Counted from the stretch's first letter, positions 1 to 9,455 are shown. The stretch: DNA of 31,416 nucleotides from Pseudomonadota bacterium (GCA_038533315.1 JBCAZB010000001.1:1-31416), one strand, 5' to 3'. Notes: generated from the letters alone by a model not told the origin. Program-made: numbers and translations.

Positions 1-1
1 G

Positions 2-574
2 AAGCAGCTGAGCCTGTGGGACCGGCGCAACGACATCTCACGCAATCTGTCGGGTGGCATGAAGCGCCGTCTGATGATTGCCCGCGCGCTCGTCCACGAG
101 CCGCGCTTGCTGATCCTCGATGAACCAACAGCGGGCGTGGATATTGAGATTCGCCGTTCGATGTGGACGTTCCTGCGCGAGATCAACGAAAACGGTACGA
201 CGATCATCCTGACAACGCACTATTTGGAGGAGGCCGAGTCGTTGTGTCGCAACATTGCGATCATCGATCACGGCGAGATTGTCGAGAATACCTCGATGAA
301 CGCGTTGCTTCGTAAGCTGCAACGCGAAGTGTTCGTACTTTCACCCGCGGAGGCGCTTCAGGCCGCCCCGAAGCTGGCGGATTTCGATGTGGAGCTGCGG
401 CCTGATGGCGATGTCGAGGTAGCGATGACGCGGGAGCAAAACCTCAATGCAATGTTTGCCTTGTTGGCAGAACAGGGCATCACGGTGCAGTCTATGCGCA
501 ACAAATCTAATCGCCTCGAAGAGTTGTTCATGAGTCTCGTCGACGATAAAAAACGTAAGGCGGCACAAGCATGA
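2..574 (+). CDS. yadG: ABC transporter ATP-binding protein (YadG-like), 5' end outside window
   Basis: Frame is open from nt 2 (KQLSLWDRRNDISRNLSGGMKRRLMIARAL). ABC signature LSGGM, Walker B LILDEPT, H-loop TTHYLEEA. ATGA overlap with the downstream permease. Confidence 0.88.
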   Translation, partial: KQLSLWDRRNDISRNLSGGMKRRLMIARALVHEPRLLILDEPTAGVDIEIRRSMWTFLREINENGTTIILTTHYLEEAESLCRNIAIIDHGEIVENTSMNALLRKLQREVFVLSPAEALQAAPKLADFDVELRPDGDVEVAMTREQNLNAMFALLAEQGITVQSMRNKSNRLEELFMSLVDDKKRKAAQA

Positions 575-1356
575 GCGAGCCAACGATTGCCCATAACAAC
601 TGGGTCGCGTTCTGCACTATCGTGCGCAAGGAATATTTGCGCGTCATTCGTATCTGGGTACAGACGATTGTGCCACCGGCGATCACGATGACGTTGTATT
701 TTCTGATTTTTGGCACACTGATCGGTAGCCGTATCGGCACCATGGATGGCTACAGCTACATGCAGTTCATCGCACCGGGCCTGATTATGATGTCGGTGAT
801 CACCAACTCTTACGGCAATGTCGTGTCGTCGTTTTTTGGCGCGAAGTTCGCGCGTCACATCGAGGAGATGCTCGTCTCGCCAGTCCCGAACTCGATTATC
901 GTGCTGGGGCACGTCGCGGGCGGTGTGGTACGCGGGCTGATGGTCGGCAGCCTCGTGGCGATTGTTGCGCTCGCGTTTACCAAGCTCAGCATCGCGCATC
1001 CGTTGATCATGTTGTCAATGGTCGTGCTGACTTCCGTCGTGTTTTCGCTGGCTGGATTCATCAACGCGATGTTTGCGAAGAAGTTCGATGATATTTCGAT
1101 TATTCCAACGTTCGTGCTGACGCCATTGACCTATCTCGGTGGTGTGTTCTATTCGATTTCGTTGCTGCCTGAGTTCTGGCAAAAAGTGTCGATGGCCAAC
1201 CCGATTCTGTACATGGTCAACGCTTTTCGTTACGGCGTGCTCGGTCAGTCCGATATCCCGATCGTGACCGCGTATTTGTTGGTGCTGTTCTTCGTCGCAC
1301 TATTGTTCTCGGTTTGCGTCATCCTGATGAATCGCGGCGTTGGTATCCGCGAATAG
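571..1356 (+). CDS. yadH: ABC-2 type permease (YadH-like)
   Basis: 261 aa, several hydrophobic segments, YadH-type motifs (RIWVQTIVPPAITMTLYF, YMQFIAPGLIMMSVITNSYGNV, LTPLTYLGGVFYSI, NPILYMVNAFRYG). Confidence 0.9.
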   Translation: MSEPTIAHNNWVAFCTIVRKEYLRVIRIWVQTIVPPAITMTLYFLIFGTLIGSRIGTMDGYSYMQFIAPGLIMMSVITNSYGNVVSSFFGAKFARHIEEMLVSPVPNSIIVLGHVAGGVVRGLMVGSLVAIVALAFTKLSIAHPLIMLSMVVLTSVVFSLAGFINAMFAKKFDDISIIPTFVLTPLTYLGGVFYSISLLPEFWQKVSMANPILYMVNAFRYGVLGQSDIPIVTAYLLVLFFVALLFSVCVILMNRGVGIRE

Positions 1357-1359
1357 GTC

Positions 1360-2043
1360 ATGTGCGGCCGCTTCGCTTTTTACTCCGCTGCTGAGGCCGT
1401 TAACGATCTGTTCGGCGTAAGCTTGCCGGACGCCGGAATTCTCGCGCAGTACAACATCGCGCCCACCGATCTCGCCGCCGTCATCCGGCTCGATAGCGCC
1501 GGCAAGCGAGAGTTGGCGATGATGCGCTGGGGGCTCGTGCCGTTCTGGGCAAAGGATCGCAAGATGGCGGCGCGTATGATCAATGCGCGGAGTGAGACCG
1601 TGGCGGAAAAGCCAGCGTATCGCAAAGCCTTCGCAAGCCGTCGTTGCCTGGTACCCGCGGACGGTTACTATGAGTGGATCGCTGAGGCCGGTGGCAAGCA
1701 ACCGTATTACATTTCTCGCGAAGACGGTGCGTCGATAGCGATGGCTGGCATCTGGGAAACCTGGCGTGACGATCAGACCAGCGTGGAGACGTTCAGCGTT
1801 TTGACCATGCCCTCGTCGGGCTCGATAGAACATCTTCACCATCGCATGCCCGTTATGCTGGATGATGTGGCCACCGAACACTGGCTGGCTGGCGACGGCG
1901 ACAATCCGCCGGCGCTACGCGATCTTAGCGCGGAAGTTTATGCGGACAACCTGATTTGCTGGCCGGTCGCAAAGGCCGTGAATAATTCGCGCAATGAAGA
2001 CCCACGATTGATCGAGGCACAGCCCGTAGAATCCGACGACTGA
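1360..2043 (+). CDS. SOS response-associated peptidase (SRAP/YedK/HMCES family), abasic-site crosslinking protein
   Basis: N-terminal MCGRF (catalytic Cys2), YNIAP, RWGLVPFW, INARSET, RRCLVPADGYYEW, HHRMPV. Confidence 0.93.
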   Translation: MCGRFAFYSAAEAVNDLFGVSLPDAGILAQYNIAPTDLAAVIRLDSAGKRELAMMRWGLVPFWAKDRKMAARMINARSETVAEKPAYRKAFASRRCLVPADGYYEWIAEAGGKQPYYISREDGASIAMAGIWETWRDDQTSVETFSVLTMPSSGSIEHLHHRMPVMLDDVATEHWLAGDGDNPPALRDLSAEVYADNLICWPVAKAVNNSRNEDPRLIEAQPVESDD

Positions 2044-2052
2044 ATCTGCGCG

Positions 2053-3840
2053 TCAGCTCACCCGCATCAGCCCAACCACGATAAGCCCTGGGCCACCATG
2101 TACACCAAATGCGGAACAGACATCGGTGCAATAGCTGTCTTGCACATGCGGTAAGGCCGCGACCAGTTGCTCCTGTAGCGCCAGTGCATCGTCTTCGCAA
2201 TTCGCGTGTCCGAAGGCGAGTCGATAGGTTTGTGCCGGGTCAATCTGACGAACGATGTAACGCACAAACTTCGGCAAGCGATTGCTCTTGCCGAGGATCA
2301 TGCCGCCTGACGACACTGCGCCGTCCGGCTTGGTGCGCAACACAGGATTGATGTTGAACCAGTCCGCGATGACCTTGCGCGATGCCGGTACGCGTCCACC
2401 GCGCACGGCGTAGGTGAGATCCTTTACGAGCGCCAGCGTTTGCGTGTTGTCGATCGCGCGGTTGACTGCATCGCGTATGGTGGCGAGGTCTTCACCGGCC
2501 TGCGCCAGCTCGGCGGCGTATTTTACTATCAACCCCTGACCAAGCGACGCATTACGTGAATCGATGACGTGGACGGTGCCATTGGCGGCAACCCGACCCG
2601 CGGCGTTTTGTGCGGCAGACATCGTGCCACTGACTTTCGATGAGAGGCTGATGGCGAGAACATTCTTAAAATGGCTCGCAAGAAACTGGTATTGACGCCT
2701 GAAGTCGCCCGGTGAAGGTTGCGACGTTGTTGGGTGATGCGGGTTACTCTGCAGCAGATCGAAGAATTCGGACTGACTGATACTCAGCTTGTCGAGAAAC
2801 CCCTGCTCTCCGAATTGCACGCGCAACGGGACCATATGAATATCCAGGGCCTCCATGTCCTCGTCGGTTAAATCGGCCGCGCTATCGGTAATGATCGCGA
2901 CGCGGTCGGAATTCCCATGCGTCGTATGTTGCTGCTTGTGCATGTCATCAGCTTTTTCACCGCTAACAACGCCGTACTCGCGCGCCAGTGCAAAAACCTG
3001 TTCTGGTTCATTCACATGGACATGAATGCGCGCTTTGTAACGGGACCCTGCCAAAACCAGACTGCCACCCATCGCAGAAAGCTGTTCGCGTAGCTTGCGA
3101 CGGTCGATATCGTCGCCGGATACGATACATTCGGTGCAGAAACGATACTCGAGATCGACTTCATCTCCAGCCATCGGTGCATCCGGCAGGTCGGCTGGAA
3201 GGTCGATTGCCTCAATGGTCTCGCCATCGCGCACATAGGCCAACATGCCCTCGAGCAAGTGGACAAAACCCTTGGCGCCGGCATCGACGACATCCGCTTT
3301 GCGCAGTTCAGCAAGCTGGTTGGTTGTTGCATTAAGGGCCTTGTTCGCGGCCTTCAAACCATCGCTTAGTAAGGTCGGAAAGTCGACTGCGGCAGTGCCT
3401 CGTACACGCTCGGTAAGGTGGTCTGCGAACGCGTCGATCACCGACAGAATGGTGCCTTCGCGCGGTTCGGCGATCGCATCACGGGCATAGGCGCTGCCGG
3501 CTAACACGGCATCGCAAAACGTCTGTGCGCTAAAGCGGGTCAGTTCCGCCGCTTTGTCGCTGACACCTTGAAAAAACTGCGCCATGATGGCACCGGAGTT
3601 ACCCCGAGCACCATCGAGCAAGGCATCGGCGGCGCGTGCCAGCAATTTATGTAAAGGCAGTGCGTCGTCCTTCTGCAGTACCTGACCCATCGCGCCCATC
3701 GTCAGCGCGAGGTTGGTACCGGTGTCGCCATCGGCGACAGGAAAAACATTGATCCGGTTCAAGCCATCCTGGCTTTTGATGACGCGTTGGACGCCATTGC
3801 GAAGTGCGAGACGCATCGCCTCGCCATCAAGAAATTGCAT
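2053..3840 (-). CDS. DAK2-domain/DegV fusion (fatty-acid kinase FakA-FakB-like)
   Basis: N-terminal FakA/DAK2 motifs (NRINVFPVADGDTGTNL, GARGNSG, EGTILSV, DAGAKG, FCTEC, IHVHVN), then a complete DegV domain (AIITDSAADL, TTSQPSPG, LSSKVSGT, IDSRNASLGQG, GGR, HGGPG). Confidence 0.88.
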   Translation of the reverse strand: MQFLDGEAMRLALRNGVQRVIKSQDGLNRINVFPVADGDTGTNLALTMGAMGQVLQKDDALPLHKLLARAADALLDGARGNSGAIMAQFFQGVSDKAAELTRFSAQTFCDAVLAGSAYARDAIAEPREGTILSVIDAFADHLTERVRGTAAVDFPTLLSDGLKAANKALNATTNQLAELRKADVVDAGAKGFVHLLEGMLAYVRDGETIEAIDLPADLPDAPMAGDEVDLEYRFCTECIVSGDDIDRRKLREQLSAMGGSLVLAGSRYKARIHVHVNEPEQVFALAREYGVVSGEKADDMHKQQHTTHGNSDRVAIITDSAADLTDEDMEALDIHMVPLRVQFGEQGFLDKLSISQSEFFDLLQSNPHHPTTSQPSPGDFRRQYQFLASHFKNVLAISLSSKVSGTMSAAQNAAGRVAANGTVHVIDSRNASLGQGLIVKYAAELAQAGEDLATIRDAVNRAIDNTQTLALVKDLTYAVRGGRVPASRKVIADWFNINPVLRTKPDGAVSSGGMILGKSNRLPKFVRYIVRQIDPAQTYRLAFGHANCEDDALALQEQLVAALPHVQDSYCTDVCSAFGVHGGPGLIVVGLMRVS

Positions 3841-3889
3841 ACAAACCCCCCAAAACCGGCCAGCGCTCGCGTGCTGTGGTGGACGCAGA

Positions 3890-4585
3890 CTACGGCGTCA
3901 ACAGCAGGCGCTTAGCTCGATACTCGAGAATGATACCTTGTCGCGTGACTTCCAGCACACGCGGCCCTTCCGACAGTGTTGAGCCTTCGACCACTTTCTG
4001 TCCGTTAATGAACCCAAATCGTCCGCCTGGATCACTGGAGAAGACATGCAGCTCCATCGACAGTAGCGGCCATTGCAACTGCTGAGTGGCATTGATCGGG
4101 TCGTAAACGGGTGTCCTCGGCTCAATGGGGGTATTCGTTGCGGGCGCCGGTCCGGATGCCGGCACTGTGTCAGAAGCCACCTTTGTCGCATCTGTCGAGT
4201 CTATTTCGCCTTCGGTGGGGGGGATGTCCGGGGTTGCCGTTCGCCGCTGCTCTCGAGCTTCGTCGATGGTCTCCGCAAGTAGCGAGCGTACTGCAGCTCG
4301 CTCGACGGGTACGTTGTTAGTCGTCCGGGTCGCTGATGCCGGCTCTGCAGCCGCTGCCGCGGTAGTCTCAATCGCCCTCGTCGCGGCGTCGGTGGGTGCC
4401 TCGGTTGTGCGCATCAATACCCACACGAGCACGATGGCGTTGACCGCTAATAGTGCGACAACGGGCCACAGCCAACGCGGTGTTGTCGTCGGCTGAGGGC
4501 TACCCTGCGCTCCAGCGACGGTCGGTGCGCGATGCTCGGCGTGCTGATCATCCGACTTGCGCAGTGCATCCAGTATCAGAGACAT
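3890..4585 (-). CDS. gspB: Type II secretion accessory protein ExeB/GspB
   Basis: Start reassigned to ATG 4585 (MSLILDALRKS, typical ExeB N-terminus; 1-nt TGATG overlap with exeA). Single TM, Pro/Ala/Thr-rich linker, C-terminal domain LSMELHVFSSDPGGRFGFING...EG...GIIL. Confidence 0.82.
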   Translation of the reverse strand: MSLILDALRKSDDQHAEHRAPTVAGAQGSPQPTTTPRWLWPVVALLAVNAIVLVWVLMRTTEAPTDAATRAIETTAAAAAEPASATRTTNNVPVERAAVRSLLAETIDEAREQRRTATPDIPPTEGEIDSTDATKVASDTVPASGPAPATNTPIEPRTPVYDPINATQQLQWPLLSMELHVFSSDPGGRFGFINGQKVVEGSTLSEGPRVLEVTRQGIILEYRAKRLLLTP

Positions 4586-6261
4586 CAGCGCGACTCCGCG
4601 GTCATTGTGGCCGCCATCGTATCGGCTCGGCGCGACAGGCTCGGCACGTCGTCCAACCCTAAGTCTCGAATCATCATCATTTGTGTACGCTGACCAACCA
4701 ATCCGTCCACCTTCAACAGGCGTTGACGCTGGTAGTCGCGCACGTATGCCTCCAGCGTCTGGTCGAACAGCTCGGAATCGAGCGGTGTCATGGGCTGGCC
4801 CAGAATGGCGGTCAGGCTTTGACGTAGCCATAGCACGCCAACGCCGCGCACGCCCGCACGCAGGGCCTGAACTTCATTGTTTGGCGGTTGCCAGAACAGC
4901 AGCGATTCACCGTACCAGTATCGACTGAGCTCGCCGGCGTCGATGCGATGTTCGGCCGTACCGGCTTGCAACCAGAGATGATCATCATTAGCCGCTGTGA
5001 GTACCGCTTGATGCGCTTCGCCGTTGCGATCGCGGAGGGTAATAATTGCGGGTCGATCCAACAACAGTAGCTCCGCTAGCGACGTGCGATCTGCCACACA
5101 ACGTAGCGCTTGCGCGCGTGCTTGTTCACAGGCGCCAACATCGCCACCGCCAAACGGCTTGCCCCACAACGCAAACAACCGTGCGAACGCGTCTTGATTG
5201 CCCGTCTGGTCGCGATGTTGTTGCAGCCAGTCGTGCAGTGTTGTGTTTTCGGGTTCTCTAACCTCTGCCACAACGGCTTGTTGTGGAACGATGACCGGGG
5301 CCCTCTCAATCGCGACCGGTGTCGGTTCTACGGGTTCCGGTGCGACCGAGAATTGTCGCCAGAGCAACGCGGCCGACGCGACGATCAATACCGCCGCGGC
5401 TACCGCGATCCAACGCGATGACGAAGATCGCGGTGTTTTAGTCGCGATCGGAGCCTGCCCGAACACTTCCGCTGCGGCGGCATCGACCAGCTTGTGGTCG
5501 ACTTCGGATTGTTCCCGACTCCAGGCACCGAGCAGTGCACGGTCGCTGATCAAGTTCATCAGCCGGGGAATACCGGACGCCAGTTGATGAATACGTTTTT
5601 TTGCGCGCTTGTTGAGGATCGGCCGCAGCGCACCGGCCACCGCGAGCCGATGATCCAGGTATTCGGCCGCCTCTTTTTCGTTCAGTGGCAACAGGTGATA
5701 GCGGGCTGTAATGCGTTGTGCCAGTTGGCGCAGATCGTTGCGAGCCAATAGTTCGCGAAGCTCGGGCTGGCCGATCAACACAATTTGCAGCAGTTTGTTA
5801 CGGGTCGTCTCAAGATTGGTCAGCAAGCGGATCTGTTCGAGCACCTCGGCAGAGAGATTCTGTGCTTCGTCGACGACTGCGATGGTACGACGCCCACGAC
5901 CGTGTGCTTCGAGCAAATACTGGTTGAGCGCATCCGTCAGTGCCAGTGGACTGTTGGCGTCCTCCGGCATGTCGATACCGAGTTCGGAAATGATGGCATT
6001 CAGGAATTCGACGGCGGTGAGTTCCGGATTCAACACCAGCGCGACATCGGCTTCGTCTGGCATTTTCTGCAGCAAACTACGGACCAGTGTGGTCTTGCCC
6101 GTGCCAACCTCGCCGGTCAGCACGATAAAGCCGTCGCTTTCGGTCACACCGTAGATCAGATGCGCGAGCGCCTCCGCGTGCCGCTCGCTCATAAACAAAT
6201 AGCGCGGATCCGGTGTGATCGTGAACGGCCGCTCGTGCAGGCCAAAAAAGTCGAGATACAT
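4585..6261 (-). CDS. gspA: ExeA/GspA AAA+ ATPase with TM segment and C-terminal peptidoglycan-binding domain
   Basis: MYLDFFGLHERPFTITPDPRYLF, Walker A GEVGTGKT, Walker B VVDEAQNL, LIGQPEL, SGIPRLMNLISDRALL, TM, C-terminal YQRQRLLKVDGLVG. Confidence 0.9.
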   Translation of the reverse strand: MYLDFFGLHERPFTITPDPRYLFMSERHAEALAHLIYGVTESDGFIVLTGEVGTGKTTLVRSLLQKMPDEADVALVLNPELTAVEFLNAIISELGIDMPEDANSPLALTDALNQYLLEAHGRGRRTIAVVDEAQNLSAEVLEQIRLLTNLETTRNKLLQIVLIGQPELRELLARNDLRQLAQRITARYHLLPLNEKEAAEYLDHRLAVAGALRPILNKRAKKRIHQLASGIPRLMNLISDRALLGAWSREQSEVDHKLVDAAAAEVFGQAPIATKTPRSSSSRWIAVAAAVLIVASAALLWRQFSVAPEPVEPTPVAIERAPVIVPQQAVVAEVREPENTTLHDWLQQHRDQTGNQDAFARLFALWGKPFGGGDVGACEQARAQALRCVADRTSLAELLLLDRPAIITLRDRNGEAHQAVLTAANDDHLWLQAGTAEHRIDAGELSRYWYGESLLFWQPPNNEVQALRAGVRGVGVLWLRQSLTAILGQPMTPLDSELFDQTLEAYVRDYQRQRLLKVDGLVGQRTQMMMIRDLGLDDVPSLSRRADTMAATMTAESR

Positions 6262-6315
6262 GCTGTCTAGATTTAATAAATAGTGCGTTAGTCTACCTGT
6301 CCGTGCGGATCGCCG

Positions 6316-7509
6316 TCACTTGCTCTCCGGATCCGAGCGATCCAGCGTGCTGGCGGGCTGAAGCGCTGCGCGGCCCAAGTCACTGAAACGTTCGCGAACC
6401 GCGTCGACGGTACGGTCCACGCGTCCGCTGTCCTCTCGCGACATCTCGCCGAAGAGGTTGAGTTGCTGATCACTGGTCAGCTTCGCCGTGCCGACACCGA
6501 GCAGGCGAATCGCGGCGTCCGGTTGCTCTTGCCGCCATTCGCTCAGCAATTGGACGGCGGCATCGAAAATAAGTTTCGTCACGTTGCTGGGCTGCGCCAG
6601 CGATACCTGGCGCGTCGCGGTTACGAAATCGCTGCGACGGATCTTGATCTGCACAACACCGGCCAGCAGCTGCTTGCTGCGCAGCCGTTCGCCGGTCTTG
6701 TCGCTGAGACGGCGCAGCGCGTTATGCATCTCACGCTCGTCGCGAAGGTCCTCGCGGAATGTGTTTTCGCTGCTGATCGATTTCTCTTCGCGCCAGGCGA
6801 TGACCGGTCTGGCATCGCGGCCAAAGGCGCGTTCTCGTATGCGGCCCGCGTAACGACCGAACAGTTGCTCCAGCTGTTTGTCGCTCGCCTGTTGCAGGTC
6901 GCGAATGCTGATGATGCCGACGGCTTTTAACCGGGTTTGCATGCGCGGTCCGATGCCGGGCAACACGGCCGCTGGCAGACCAGCGAGTCGAGTTGCTTCC
7001 TCGCCATGCTCAATGACGGTCAGGCCGTTCGGTTTATCGAGGTCTGACGCAATCTTGGCCACCAGTTTGTTGGTGGCAACGCCGACCGAGGCCGTCAATT
7101 GCGTCTGGGCCAGAATTTGCTGCTTCAGGTGGTGTGCGATCGTGACGGGTGTTCCGAACAGGTCGCGACTGGCACTGACGTCGAGAAACGCCTCATCCAC
7201 CGACAAACCTTCAACATCCGGCGTGACGCTCCTGAAAATTTCGAAAACCTGGCGCGACACCTGTTGGTAGCGGCCCATGCTGGAGCGCACGCAGATGGCC
7301 TCCGGGCAGCGCTGCAGCGCCTCACGTATCGGCATCGCGGAGCGCACCCCGAAGCGTCTGGCTTCGTAGCTGGCCGCGGCCACGACCCCGCGGTTCTCCG
7401 TGCCGCCTACCAGCACCGGTTTACCTTTCAGGGCTGGATTGTCGCGCTGCTCGACGGATGCGAAGAAGGCATCCATGTCGACGTGCAATATCGCGCGCTC
7501 GCGGGGCAT
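6316..7509 (-). CDS. dinB: DNA polymerase IV (Y-family)
   Basis: ILHVDMDAFFASVE, VAAASYEARRFGVRSAMP, SVDEAFLD, ASVGVATNKLVAKIASDLDKPNG, PGIG, little-finger domain (EKSISSENTF, IRLLGVG). Confidence 0.95.
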   Translation of the reverse strand: MPRERAILHVDMDAFFASVEQRDNPALKGKPVLVGGTENRGVVAAASYEARRFGVRSAMPIREALQRCPEAICVRSSMGRYQQVSRQVFEIFRSVTPDVEGLSVDEAFLDVSASRDLFGTPVTIAHHLKQQILAQTQLTASVGVATNKLVAKIASDLDKPNGLTVIEHGEEATRLAGLPAAVLPGIGPRMQTRLKAVGIISIRDLQQASDKQLEQLFGRYAGRIRERAFGRDARPVIAWREEKSISSENTFREDLRDEREMHNALRRLSDKTGERLRSKQLLAGVVQIKIRRSDFVTATRQVSLAQPSNVTKLIFDAAVQLLSEWRQEQPDAAIRLLGVGTAKLTSDQQLNLFGEMSREDSGRVDRTVDAVRERFSDLGRAALQPASTLDRSDPESK

Positions 7510-7517
7510 CGGTATCC

Positions 7518-8402
7518 TCAGTCGTGACGGCGCACGATCAGTCTCGCCATGACGCGCAGCGGATCGGCGGCATTACCGAAATGATCCAGATGTTGCAGGC
7601 CTTCCGCGTAGAGCTTGTCGCAATCCGCTTTGGCCTGTTCAACGCCGAAGATGGCCGGCCAGGTCGCCTTGTCGTGCAGGATGTCTGAGCCTGCGGGCTT
7701 GCCGATCGTATCGGTGTCACCTTCGATATCGAGAATGTCGTCGCGGATCTGGAACGCGAGCCCGAGACATTCGGAGAAATCGATAATGCGTTGTTGATCG
7801 TCGGCGGCGAGCGATGGCGCCACTGCGGTGGCCATATCGCAGGCAGCGGTAATCAGCGCCCCGGTTTTCTGTGCAAACATCTTGCGTAACAAATCACCGC
7901 TGATCGTCTTACCTTCCGATTCGATATCGATCGCCTGACCGCCCGTCATACCCAGCGAGCCGCAAGCCCGCGCAAGTGACTGCACCATGCGTAACTGCGC
8001 GGGCGCATGATCGACGCTGGCTTTCGCGAGCACTTCAAATGCCAGCGGTTGCAGTGCATCGGCAGCGAGGATGGCGGTCGCTTCGTCAAATCGTCGATGC
8101 ACGGTGGGTTTGCCGCGTCGGAGATCATCGTCATCCATGGCGGGCAGATCGTCGTGTACCAGTGAAAACGCGTGGATCAGCTCCACGGCGATCGCGGGGG
8201 CATCGAGCAGCGCCTTCTCGACCCCAAGCAACTCGCCGGTCGCGTAGACCAATAGCGGCCTGATGCGCTTGCCGCCATTCAATGTGGCGTAGCGCATCGC
8301 TTCGTGCAGTTGGGTCGGTATTTCTGAGGCCGGTGGTAGCGTATCGGCCAGCACCGAGTCGACGCGAGCGATATAATCCGGGATAGAAAATTCAAAAGAC
8401 AT
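7518..8402 (-). CDS. ispA: Geranyltranstransferase / farnesyl diphosphate synthase
   Basis: GGKRIRP, FARM with insertion HAFSLVHDDLPAMDDDDLRRGKPT (aromatic Phe five residues before the first Asp, FPP-synthase type), GGQAID, KTG, SARM FQIRDDILD. ATG 8402 preferred over TTG 8411. Confidence 0.93.
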   Translation of the reverse strand: MSFEFSIPDYIARVDSVLADTLPPASEIPTQLHEAMRYATLNGGKRIRPLLVYATGELLGVEKALLDAPAIAVELIHAFSLVHDDLPAMDDDDLRRGKPTVHRRFDEATAILAADALQPLAFEVLAKASVDHAPAQLRMVQSLARACGSLGMTGGQAIDIESEGKTISGDLLRKMFAQKTGALITAACDMATAVAPSLAADDQQRIIDFSECLGLAFQIRDDILDIEGDTDTIGKPAGSDILHDKATWPAIFGVEQAKADCDKLYAEGLQHLDHFGNAADPLRVMARLIVRRHD

Positions 8403-8459
8403 ACAGGGCAAAATCCAGTCGATTCGCTAGGCGGCTATTTTGCGCGTTGGACACCTCAT

Positions 8460-9455
8460 TTGACAGCCTCTGAACCGACAAAATCCGCCGTAACCGTAAT
8501 CGCGCATCCGAATATTGCGCTCGTTAAGTATTGGGGTAAGGCCGATGCCCAGCGTAACTTGCCGGATGTCGGGTCGATTTCGATCACGCTCGATGCATTG
8601 GCGACACGCACGACGGTCGCGCTTGCAGAATCCGATGACCGCTTTTCGTTGAACGAGTCGCCGGAGCCCGCTATGGCCGCGCGCTTGTTTGGTTTCCTCG
8701 ATCACTTCTACGGGGCGGACCGGCCGAAACTCGCTGTCACTTCGTTCAATGATTTTCCCACGGCAGCCGGGCTGGCGAGTTCCGCATCCGGGTTCGCAGC
8801 ATTGGTGGTCGCCGTGGATCGCCTGCTGCAGGCCGGTCACAGCACGTCGACGTTGGCGCAACAAGCCGGGCGCGGCTCGGGCTCTGCCGCCCGCTCGTTG
8901 TTTGGCGGCTTTGTGCGGCTCGATAAGCCGACGGGTAGCGACGATGACATCACCGTCACAGAGCTGTGCGCGGCGGCGGACTTCCCGCTTGAGGTGGTCG
9001 TGGCCATCACCAGCGAACAACGCAAGACGATCGGCTCCACGGAAGGGATGCGCGCGAGCAAGCTGACCTCGCCGTTTTATCCCGCCTGGTTAGAAACCCA
9101 CGACGCCGATATGACGGCGGCGGCCACTGCGATTGCACAGCGTGATTTCGAGGTGCTTGCGGATATCAGTGAGCATAGTTGCCTGAAAATGCACGCCGTG
9201 ATGCAAGCGACGCGTCCGGCGATGTTGTACTGGAATTCAGCCACTGTCGCTTGTATGCACGCCGTCCAGGCGCTGCGTGCGTCGGGAGTCGGCGTGTTTT
9301 TCACGATCGATGCCGGGCCGCAGGTTAAGGCGGTATGCCTGCCGGAGCACGCATCAACCGTGGCGGATACGCTTGTGTCGATCGATGGCGTGCATCGGAT
9401 CCTGCGTTCCGGTCTCGGCGACGGTGCGCGCGTTCTGAGTCAGGAGTCCGACTAG
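8460..9455 (+). CDS. mvaD: Diphosphomevalonate decarboxylase
   Basis: AHPNIALVKYWGK, SISITL, N-FPTAAGLASSASGFAAL, GSGSAARS, MHA, FFTIDAGPQVK. TTG start is uncertain by a few codons. Confidence 0.93.
   Translation: MTASEPTKSAVTVIAHPNIALVKYWGKADAQRNLPDVGSISITLDALATRTTVALAESDDRFSLNESPEPAMAARLFGFLDHFYGADRPKLAVTSFNDFPTAAGLASSASGFAALVVAVDRLLQAGHSTSTLAQQAGRGSGSAARSLFGGFVRLDKPTGSDDDITVTELCAAADFPLEVVVAITSEQRKTIGSTEGMRASKLTSPFYPAWLETHDADMTAAATAIAQRDFEVLADISEHSCLKMHAVMQATRPAMLYWNSATVACMHAVQALRASGVGVFFTIDAGPQVKAVCLPEHASTVADTLVSIDGVHRILRSGLGDGARVLSQESD

Noticed and set aside
3890-6261. exeAB without the other T2SS genes as a novel system
   Set aside because: A separate exeAB/gspAB locus is already known in Aeromonas and Vibrio.
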